From Geosiphon pyriformis uo1 (lineage: Eukaryota > Fungi > Glomeromycota): a stretch of 64,000 nucleotides of DNA. Below, piece after piece: positions 38,263 to 49,600 of this stretch. Positions within the stretch are counted from its first letter, which is position 1. Each line of letters opens with the position of its first letter. A model generated the notes under the pieces. That model was not told where the DNA came from, did not search any database, and saw only the letters and a list, made by a program, of their open reading frames with translations. Location: the NCBI GenBank assembly GCA_016748015.1, contig JAAOMT010000591.1, forward strand, positions 323,532 through 387,531, given 5' to 3'. Both the position numbers and the translations under genes were made by a program.

Positions 38263-41200
38263 GTAGCAGAATCAGAAAACATAGGAGCAAACTATCTAAA
38301 ATTCGCAAAATCTTTATTTCAACACTACTGTCAACATTTGGGATTAAATCACAACCACATATCAGCAGAATTAGCTTTCAATTTCTACGTCAACAAAAGA
38401 ATTGCCTATCTGTTAGAAATACCAGTAAATATTGAATTGACAAGAGAAGCCTTTTACAGTGAATTAATTCAAAATACTAATCTGCCAACAAATTACAATT
38501 TCGTCTCCATCATCATGGAAATCAACAAAGAAATTGAACACCACATACAGCAAAGATACCCCATTACTTACATGAGCAAAGGCAAAGAAAAACTGCAAAC
38601 ACCAGCAGTAACACCCAAAAGAATACAACCACCTACTTAAAAGAAAACAAGAGTTGAGTTCCCAACTAATCCATCATACCACTATACACCTGGAAGCACC
38701 ATTAATATTACATCTACCAGTGCAGCCACATCAAACATAACATCAGCATTTAGACAATTTTCATTCCAAAGTAAACAAAGGAAAGCAGAGTTATTAGAAC
38801 CATATGGCACATATTTTGAAGAATTTAATTCACAATTATTAACGCCATCAGGACTCCAATTGCCACTGCCTCCCCCAGATTTCAGAATTTCTGATTCATG
38901 GAAAGTAATAAAATCAGAAGAAGAGGAAGAAAAAGAAGCTAAAGATCAAGAATTCACTTACCAGAATCCAATTGCTGAAAACCCGGAATTTGAAATCCTG
39001 AATCTTCAAACCCAGCAAAATTTAAACCCAGAAAATCTGAAAATTGAAACTCCAAATATTCAGACACAGGATAATCAAAACCTCAATTTAATAAATCAAC
39101 AAAACTTATCTCCAGTAATTATCATCAATCAACCACCGATTAATCCAATAGCTGAACTCCTACAACTGCCATTTCAACTACCACCTCAACAACCTGTGTA
39201 ACAACAACCACTTCAACTACTACCACAACAATCTAACTTAGATCCAATGGCCTATGCACCAATTGCAAAACTTGACAATTTTACCAGCAAAGAGAACAAT
39301 GCCCAAATATGACTCAATGACATTGAAAAAGCCATAGTGGTCAATGGATGGAACAACGGTAAAGCCCTTCAAGCAATCCCTTATTTTCTCAAAGATACTG
39401 CTGACTCATGGTATCAGAGCCTAGCCGCCAAACCACAAATCTTCAATGAGTTCAAAACAGAATTCTTGAGATACTTTAGTAATAACAATAGTATTAATCG
39501 CTTGACCAACACATTCACCACCATCAAACAAGGGGACACAAAAGCAGTCACCACCTACTTGAGACACTTCCATAGAAATCTGCACTAAATTCAGGCAATC
39601 CAAGCTAATTACTTTACAGCACCACAGATCTTAAACCAGTTCATCAGAGGATTGCACAGTAGCATTCTTCAGCAAATACGTTCAATGCATCCAGTTGACC
39701 TCCCAACCACCATTACCCATGCCAGAGATTTTGAAGCAGCCAAGCTAGAAGCCAATTATGCCCAAGCTGTAAATTTAGTGATGAACGGATCATTTGACTT
39801 GAATTCCAAACTAAAACAATTCAGTGATACAATCAATCAGAAACTAGAAGGATACTTAGCTGACAATTGTGCAATCTATCAACTACCACAACGACGCAAT
39901 AATTCAGAAAACATGAATCGTTTCCAAAATCAGCTGCATCCATTAACATTATTGTTATCATCATTACCCAATCAGCCATGGCAGCCAGAAATGCGTGTTT
40001 GCCACAACTGTGGTAAACAAGGTCACATTAGAGCTAACTGTCAATTTTATAGCAACAATCCACAATCGAAAAATTAATATCAAAACTCCAATCGCAGATT
40101 TCAGATTCAGAATCACTACCCAAATCAAGACCAATATCAAACCACTTACCTGCCAATGACGCAATAATCAATCTATCAACTACCAGTATATCAACCTCCA
40201 ATTTATTAACTGCAGCCACCAGTAATTTATCAGCTGCAGCCCCAAATAATTTATCAGCCCCAACAACTAATTCAAACACCACTCCAAAACCCCACTCAAA
40301 TGACATTAAGAAACCCAAGACCTAGAATCACTCAAAACTGGAAATCAATAATAGTTGTTTATCAACCAATCCTCAGCTCCTCTTACCAACCATTAGGCTC
40401 TTAACAGTAGAATTCAGGTACTGGTTCCACCCAAAACCCGAATTCTTAGAACTATTTAAGTCTTCTGGTTACCCCAAAAGATGCCACCACCAACAACTCG
40501 GAATCTAACCCACCCCAAACAACACTCACCAACAATATTCTACCAGTAACAGTTACTGAAAACGAATCTCTTACAGCCATCTTTCCTTTTAAATTGGAGG
40601 AAACCATCAACTCACCTTTGTTTAGTGGAACAGCACTTGAAGAAAAACCCATCACCGTGATGTACACTGATGCAAAAGTTGATGGTCACTCCATCAAACT
40701 GATCCTAGATAGTGGATCAGCTGGCAGCATCATCACAAGACAACTTATAAATCAATTAGGTTGTCAAGTTGATTGCACTGCCAGTGCCAGGATTATTACA
40801 GCTGATAGAGTGACCAAAACACCCATTGAAAAGATTGATGATTTCTCCATAGAAGTCAATGGCATCATAGTACCAATCAAAATACTTGTTATAAAAGCCA
40901 CTCAATACTAAGCACTCATTGGGAACAACTGGCTGTTCAAAACCAATGTGACTCTAGATTGGAACACCCAAAAGCTCCAGCTTAGCCAGAACGGCTAACA
41001 CACATAGGTACCAGTCACATGTGGCCACTTTAAGCCTATCACCATGCCATCAACACCACTTATCAAATTCAAGGAAGAAAAAGCGAAACCCACCTGGGAA
41101 ACATACCAAGTCTTGTGAGTTGACGTCGACCACAACAAACTGCTGCCAATACTCGCCTGGAACAACAACAACAATGGAAAGGAGAAACAAAAAGAAGAAC

Positions 41201-44200
41201 CTACCTGAGAAGCCACCATTGATGCTTGGACCGACAACAACCAAAGTGAGATGCCACCAATTCTAGATTGGGAAGAAAAGAGCAAGAAAAAAGGAAAAAA
41301 AAGGAAAAAAAACATACTTAAAGAAACCACCACTGTAGAAGAAATAACTAGTGACTAGGAAAGAGAATACTCACGTGAACTAATAAAAGAGCCACCATAT
41401 ATACCTCTCAAATACAAGGACTGTGAGAAGAAACTGTCCTTAATGAGAGCTTGGGTAGCACCAGATGAAGACTACTGGATGTGAACCCATTACTATTGCA
41501 AGCTCTGCCATAGGGAACAATATGGCTACCCAAAAAAACAAGGCAAGTGGAACAATGAATCATGTCTCACTTGCAGCAAACAATTACTTGATGAAGGAAT
41601 GTGAAACAACATTTTTGGTCGAGGAGGAATGTGTGACACTTCGTGCCAATACACAATCCTCATCAGCGACTGGGTAAATCATGGTACACCCATCACAGCA
41701 GCATGGCACTGAGCTATATTCCACTTAGACGGCTATCCACACGACGAGGACAAGATCTGGTAAATGGCCAATGCTAAAGTAGAAGGCACTTCGCCCAGTA
41801 AAATTTTGGAGATCAAGAATAACCCTCCAGAACCAACAGACATTGTTTTGGTTCTCAACCTGGATGCCTTTATTGACTTAGAAAACAGTCCAGAAGAATT
41901 TTATGAACACTATCAGAATCTAGCACCCATGAGAAAAAAGCAAGAGCAATACTTGGAAGAAATCAACACCTGATTATGTGACCACTGTTTGATTCCATGT
42001 GACTTCCAATTCTGTAATGATTGTGACCTTATCTACAATCCACCACCATGCATGATCTATATAATTCCCGAAGAAGAAGAACCAATCAACAGCTGCACAT
42101 TAGAATTGGAATCAAGTTCCAACCCCAATTCAAACTCTGACAACGACAATAACAAAAATAACAGTTCCAGCTCCATTCAAAATGGCTATAACAATGACAA
42201 TGATTCCAATTCAGATTTAAACTCCAATTCAAACTATGAACAATATATTGCACTCCCTAATCTCACCAAGGAGCAAGAACTGAAATGGTTCAGTGATAAT
42301 AATGAAGGTATCATACCAGAACATGCACATAATACTGATGCAGGATTTGATTTGAGATATCTAGAAAAGAACGCCATCAAATTGGAACTCTATTTGCACA
42401 TTTGCATCGATCTGAAAATAATATTGGAAATTCTAGCAACAACAATGGTTCAATTAGCATCTAGGAGTAGTTTAGTGAAAAAAGGAATAAACATCAGAGG
42501 AGAAATAATTGATGCAGGATATGTAGGAAATATCATTGCTATGCTACAAAATGACTCAGAAAAGGCCTATATTATAGAGCCAAATAAAAGGATAGCACAG
42601 ACAATATTTCTGCCTTTGGTAAAAATAGCTCAGTTAGTTTCAGTAAGAAATAGGAAAGAATTAAAAATAACAGCAAAAGAGATACAGAGATTTGGATCAA
42701 CGGATAGAATAAATGTACCAATCAATATGGTGGAGGTAGAAATTATTGGCCAAGGAGAAATTATCTCAACTGGTTAAACAATTTCCATTCCACCATATAG
42801 CTGATACATGTTAGCAATAAAAAGGAGAGAAAAGGAGCAAGAACAGATTTTTGAAGCAGAAGCAACTCTTTGTGAATCAGAAGAAATTGGACTTATCAAT
42901 CTACACATATCAGCTAAGAGTCATAACCATATCAAAATTTCCATCTACAATAACACCGGAAATATTGTAAAGATACTGGAAGGAACCACTCTCAGATATT
43001 TAACCACAGAAATTGAAGATCAAGCACCAAGCAGCATTTCAGATTTTCCACAGCTTTGTGGATATGTGGATATTACATCACAAATCATCTATAGATGAAA
43101 CAAATGTTATCTGTTACAGCCAGAACAATTGGAACAGATGAACATGGGAAATCTAGACCCACTTCAACAGATGCAACTAAAGATGTTACTTAATAATTTC
43201 AATGACATCTTCGCTAGTGAAAACAAATTTGACAGAACTAATATTATCCAGCATCAAATCAAAACTGGAGATACAATGTCAATCAAACAGTAAGCATATA
43301 GGGTACCACCAGCCAGCCATGAAATCATCTGTCAAGAGATTAACCAAATGCTTGACAATGGGTTAATTCAGCCATCAATGAGCCCATGGTCATCACCAGT
43401 AGTATTCATTCATAAGAAGAATGGAAAAATCCAATTTTGTATAGACTACAAGAAACTCAATGGTGTAACTCATGGAGACAGCTATTCAACTCCATAGATA
43501 CAAGAACTATTCGATGCTTTCAGTGGAAACAAATGGTTTTCAACATTAGACTTGAATAGTGGGTACTGGCAAATAGTCATGGATCTAACTGACAAAAAAA
43601 AAACGGCATTCACCACAAGAGAGAAAAACTTTGAGTTTGAAGTTATGCCATTCGGCTTAACCAATGCTTCAGCTACATTCCAATGGCTAATGAAAATTGT
43701 GTATACTGGCTTATTGTGGAAATTAGTAGTTGTATACTTGGATGGCACCAATGTGTTCTCAAAAACATTTGATAATTATCTACATCATCTTCAACAAGTG
43801 TTCAAAAGACTACAATAAACAGAATTAAAATTGAATACAACAAAGTGTTTTTTTGGCAAAACAGAACTAAAATTCTTGGGACACATAGTTAGCAAAGACG
43901 GCATAAAAACAGATCTGGAGAAAATAGAGATAGTAAAGAACTTTCCAATACCAACCAACATAACCGAGCTGAAATCATTCTTGGGATTGACGAGCTATTA
44001 TAGATGCTTCATAAAAAACTTCAAAAATAGCACAACCATTCAATGATTTTCAAACCAAAAATACAAAGTATGAATGAACTGAAACTCAGCAAAAAGCATT
44101 TGACATCTTAAGAAGAAAGCTTATTTAAGCTCTAGTATTGATCTATCCAGATCATAGTAAACCATTCATTATCACCACTGATACATCAGGTCAAGCATTG

Positions 44201-44536
44201 GGAGCAGTACTATCTTAGAGAGGACCAGATAGAAGAGAACATTCAGTCACATACACCAGCTGAGATTTAACACCAGCTGAAAAGAACTATGAAACACCAG
44301 AATTAGAATATTTAGCAATCTATTAAGCAGTTATAAAATGGAAAGAATACTTGAGCCAAAAGTTTGAGGTGTACACAGATCACAAAGGATTGACATCACT
44401 CCAAAAACAAGAATTTGGAGATGGAAGACAGTCAAGATGGAAAATGGTTCTTTCAACATATACTTATATCATACATTATAAAAAGGAAAAAGACAATGGA
44501 AATACTGACAGTTTGTCGTAAATGAGACAAATCTAA
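38263..44536 (+). pseudogene. B gag-PR-Cys-rich-dUTPase-RT-RNaseH
   Basis: ORFs 38338, 38860, 39337, 39652, 40594, 41764, 41989, 42808, 43552 and 43831 all share one frame. CHNCGKQGHIRANC, LILDSGS, YLDG; ends MRQI* at 44536. Confidence 0.92.
42301..42705 (+). pseudogene. dUTPase domain in B pol
   Basis: Motifs I-V: AGFDL, RSSL, GEIIDAGYVG, RIAQ, RFGST. Confidence 0.92.
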
Positions 44537-44597
44537 GAACATTTCAACCCAAAAATATAACAAAACCAAAACAATACTCATGAAAATATAACAAAAG

Positions 44598-45980
44598 ATA
44601 AACACACAAAAATATCAACAACTTCAACATTATATAGATATTCAACAGTTCAAGAAGAAATTATCTCAACTGGAACAAAAGAGGATCAAACAACAATTCA
44701 AATATTTTATCACTCACCAAAATATACTTTATCAAAAAAATAGAAAAGATTCAGATCAACCAACCAGAGTAATTACAGAACCAGAAAAGAAGACAATACT
44801 GTTCAACATGCATTCAGATTCAACTGCAGGACATTTTCATAAAGAAGCAACCATGAAAAGAACCAGAAAGAGATACTATTGGCCATCAATGTATCCAGAC
44901 ATCATCCAATATGTGCAAAATTGTGATGCTTGTCAAAGAAGAGGAGGAACAAGACCCAGCAAACCATTGAGACCAATCAAAGTGGGACAACCATTTGACT
45001 GTATTGGAATCGATTTAGTCAGACCATTGACAATTACCAGTAGAGACAACAGATATATTGCAGTAGCCATGAACTATCTTACTAAATGGCCAGAAGCCAA
45101 AGCAATTCAAAGAGCGGATGCAGAATCCGTTGCTAAATTCATCCATCAAGATCTGATTTGTCGACATGGATGTCCAAAAGAACTATTATCAGACCAAGGA
45201 ACCCATTTTGTGAATAAAACATTAGCAGAACTAAGCCGAAGATTCAGAATTAAAAGACCACTATCATCACTATACTATTCACAAACCAATGGATTAGTTG
45301 AAAGATTTAATAGAACATTGTGTGAAACAATAGCAAAACTCAGCCAAAAAAACCAGGACGAATGGGATTTGTTCATACTATCAGTATTATTTGCTTATCA
45401 GACAATGAAGCAAGACACCACACAAGCAATACTATTTAAATTGATATATGGTAGAACAGCAATATTACCAGTTAAAATAAAGGTTAACACATATCTAACT
45501 GAACCAATAACAGAAGAGAATTTCCAAGAAACATTGTTAAGAAAAACATATGACTTAATGGAAACATTGGAAAACAAACAAAGAAAAACAGCTAATAATA
45601 TACAAAAATTACAAGAAAAACAGAAAAAAAGACATGATAATCAATTACCAGACAAACCAGTTGAATTCAAGATTGGAGACAAAGTACTCTTACATCATAT
45701 CAAAGCAGAAAAACAATGGAGTGAAAAATTCGATTCCAAATGGAATGGATTATTTTACATAGAAGAAATTCTAGTAAATAGAGCTTACAAATTAAGACTA
45801 GATAACAAAATTTTAACCAAAGCAGCACATGAAGATCAACTAAAACCATATCACAACATCACACCACTATTCACCAGTAATATTTCACAATTAGGAATAC
45901 AGAAGATACTAGTCCAACCAGAGGAGATTCCATGAGATCTGGAACCAATCATCATCATTGAAAACAACACGTTAAATTAA
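44598..45980 (+). pseudogene. B integrase (separate ORF)
   Basis: Decayed start aaagATAaac is in frame with ORF 44808-45935. HHCC, DDE core and GPF-type C-terminus, ending EPIIIIENNTLN*. Confidence 0.9.
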
Positions 45981-46004
45981 TTTATTAAAAGAATATATAA
46001 AGAC

Positions 46005-46664
46005 ATGGTAGATGTGACAAGAAATATCAGAAAAATGGAAATTACAGACAACATCCATTCACTAACACAACAACTCTTTCAATTGATTCAACACCAAGAG
46101 ATGAAAATTACAATTAATCAACAAACTATCTGATATCAAGACACTAAAAAGACATCACCACATAGAACACAGAAGAAAACAGAAAATACCATTGACAAAA
46201 TCATTGTGAAAGTAAAATTAGCAATAAAAGAGTCGACAAAAGAGTCACTATACCAAGAGTTAACTAAAGAAACTTGAAATTGGTGAATACAACAATTTTC
46301 AAGAAACTATTGTTATTTGTATTTGGAACAACACATGAATATCCAGAATCTATATACAGATAAAACAAAGCAATTATTTAACACAAGAATACTACAACAA
46401 TTAGAACATTTTTTGGGAAAGAACAACTTATCCACACAGGCCTGAGCCATATACTGAATATACACAGCATTTCAGGATTGACCAGAAATTTTACTCAACA
46501 AAACAATGGATACAGTTACCAGTAATCAATTAAGAAAGATCACTAACACTCAATTTGAAGAATTACAGACTCAAATAACACAAGTAATTCTCGAAAATGA
46601 AATTCAGGAAATACTTTAAGAAAAGGAATTAACAGAGTTAGATTTCAACAGAGCTCAATATTAA
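46005..46664 (+). pseudogene. B ORF3, unknown 219-aa protein
   Basis: Single frame from ATG 46005 to TAA 46664, with several internal stops of transition type. Ends DFNRAQY* at the PPT. Hydrophilic and predicted helical by eye. Confidence 0.75.
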
Positions 46665-49600
46665 AAGGAGGAAATAATGTTACTCATAGAACTATAGGGA
46701 ATATATTGGCATAGTTATTAACCAATCAGAAGTAGATATAGTAAAATGTAGAATTCCAAGATTCCTCTCAGGAATTACAGGATTCCAGGAATTACAAGAT
46801 TCTCACAAGGAATCACAGGATTCCAGAATTCTAGGATTCCTCTCAAAGAAATTGCAGGATTCCAGGAATCCCAGAATTCCTGTTGTAAAGAATTGAGGAA
46901 TTGAGGAATCTCAATTATATATATATAGCAGTAGGATTAGAAGCTAAAAAGACAGACCTCTTAGTTTAGATTTCATCTGGACAACTTTCCAAACCACAAA
47001 TAAATAACTGTTTGTTATCTCAAATCTGCTACCACTATCAACACTTTATGTTGATAGTAATTGATACTTAACCACACTGAAACAATAGCTCTTGATCATG
47101 GCTATTGATGGAATACTAACTTGCAAATTGTCTTGGCTTATTTTTTTTTTTCTTTATTTTATTTTATTTTCTTTATTTCTTGCTTTGATTTTATTGTTGT
47201 TTACTAACTCTATTGAGGATTAACACACAGGGTACTAACATCAGAATAAACATGACTGGTAAAAAACCCAGAAATAAGAGTAGAACACTCGATTGAGGAT
47301 AGCTTACCAGGAGAAATACCAGCCATTAAGTTAAGAAAGAAATTGACAAAACTGCAGTTTTGGGAAGCTATGAATAAAACTATTATCATTGAATCTCTGT
47401 TCATTATACAAATAACTCAATCAAACTCTTCAGATACAAATCTTTCAGACACAAACCTTCAGATTACTATCAACTGCAACTAGATTTGAACACTAAGTTA
47501 TGGGTTTGTTATTTAATCCAACACCAGAAATAATCACCTGTAACATTGTCATGTAAGTAGCCATCCAAGCAAAAGATTGCTTGGTGCCAGGCAGCAGTAA
47601 CAGATGTTTTATGACTTACCCAGTCACTGATGAGAATCATATACTGGCATAAAATGTCACATGTTTTTCCTCGACCAGGAATGTTATTTCACATTTCTTC
47701 ATCGAGTAACCATTTGCTGCAAGTGAGATATGACTCATTGTCTTACTTTCCTTGTTTCTTTGAGTAGCCATAGCATTTTCTATAGTATGGCTTACAGTAG
47801 TAGTGGGTTCTTGTCCAATAGTCTTTGTCAGATGTGATCTAAGCTCCCATGGAGGAAAGTTTCTTTCTACAGTCCTTGCATTTGAGAGGTATATATGGCG
47901 GCTCTTTTATTAGTTCCTGTGAGTATTCTCTTTTCCAGCCACTAGTTATTTTTTCTGTGGTGGTAGTTTTTTTAGGTAGATCTTCTTTTTTTCTTTTTTC
48001 TTTCCCTTTGTTGGTTTCTTCCTATTCCCAGGTTGGCAATTTGTCTGAGCCATTGTTAGTTTCTCAGATTTAGTCTGTATTTCAGGTAAGTTTTTTTTTT
48101 GGTTTCCTTTTCTATTGTCATTCCAAAAGAGTATTGGTGGTAGTTTGTTGTGGTCTTCATCAGTTCATGACACTTGATAGGTTTTTCAGGTAGGTTTCTT
48201 TTTCTCTTCCTTGAAATTGATAAGTAGCCACATTGCAGTGCTGGGTTTGAAATGGCCACACGTTGCTGGTACTCGTATGTGTTGGCTGTTTTGACTGATT
48301 TACAACTCTTGTGTTGTCTAGTCAAGTATTGCATTTGTTTTGGACAGCCAGTCATTATCAACAAGGGCTTAGTACTGAATGGCTTCTATGACCAGAACTT
48401 TGGTTGGTACTGTGATGCTATTGATTTCAATAGAGAAGTCATCAATTTCATTAATCAGAGTTTTGGTCACTCCATCAGCAGTGATAATTCATGTGCTGGC
48501 AGCACAATCAACTCAGTGACCTAATTGATTCATGAGTTGTCATGTGATAATGCTGCTTGCTGATCCACTATCAAGAATAAGCTTGATAAAGTGTCTATTA
48601 AATTTGGCATCAGTGTACATAGTGGTGATTGGTTTTTCTTCAAGTGTGGCTTTCCTAAACAAGAGCATAGATGTCAGTTCTTCAAGTTCAAACAGGAAGA
48701 TAGCTGCAAGTAACTTGTTGTTAGTAACAGCGGCTAGAGGTATGTTGCTAATGAGTGTTTGTTTGTGGTTAGATTCCGTTTTGTTGGATGTGGTGTTTTC
48801 TGAAGTTACCAGGAGACTTAAATAATTCTAGGAATTCGGGTTTTGGGTATACTCGGTTTCTAAACTCTGCTGGCGTAATCTTGATGGCTGGTTTGAGGAG
48901 CTAAAAATCAGTTGGTGAACAACCATCACTGATCTCCAGTTTTGAGTGACTCTAAATTTGGGATTTCCTGATGTCACCTGAGTGGAATTTGGAGTTGAGA
49001 TCACTGGTGTCTGATAGATTACTTGTGGCTGCAGTGGTTAATAGATTATGAGTGTTGCTGGTTGATAAATTGATGCTGAAGTCTGATATACTGAAGATAA
49101 ATATAATTGCTATGTCATTAGGATTTGATAAATTGGCTGTGTTACTGAGGAGTAATGTAATTGAGATTGGTATTGTTCTGGTGATTGATTACTGATGTAG
49201 TTCTGAGTTTGTAGTTGGCAATTGGAGTTTTGATACTGATTAGTTGATCTCTGGTTACTTATTTTTTTTCAACATTCAAATTGCAAATGTTCTTGTTTAC
49301 TACAATAGTGGCATGTATGCGTTTTCTACTGCTATTGTTGATTAGTCGAGGATAATGCTGGATGTGACTGATTTTGAGAGTGACTTCTGTTTTCCTGATT
49401 GTTGCATCATTGTGGAGGTTGATAAATGGCTTGATTGGTATTAGCTAAGTATTCCTCTAATTTTTGATTGATTAATTTACTGAATTGCTTTAATTTGAAA
49501 TTCAATTTAGATGGTCTGTTCATTACTAAATTTATGGCTTGAATGTGATTTGTCTCAAGTTCAGCTGCTTCAAAATCTCTGACATTTGTAACTGCAGCTT

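Larger units (their letters stand above)
37335..47545 (+). mobile_element. Element B: full-length dUTPase-bearing Gypsy (10.2 kb), close relative of C
   Basis: LTRs 37335-38203 and 46678-47545. TSD tcat/ttgt (ancestral TCGT), PBS TGGTGCTTTCTGTGAGG at 38206, PPT aaaaggaggaaataa. Confidence 0.95.
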
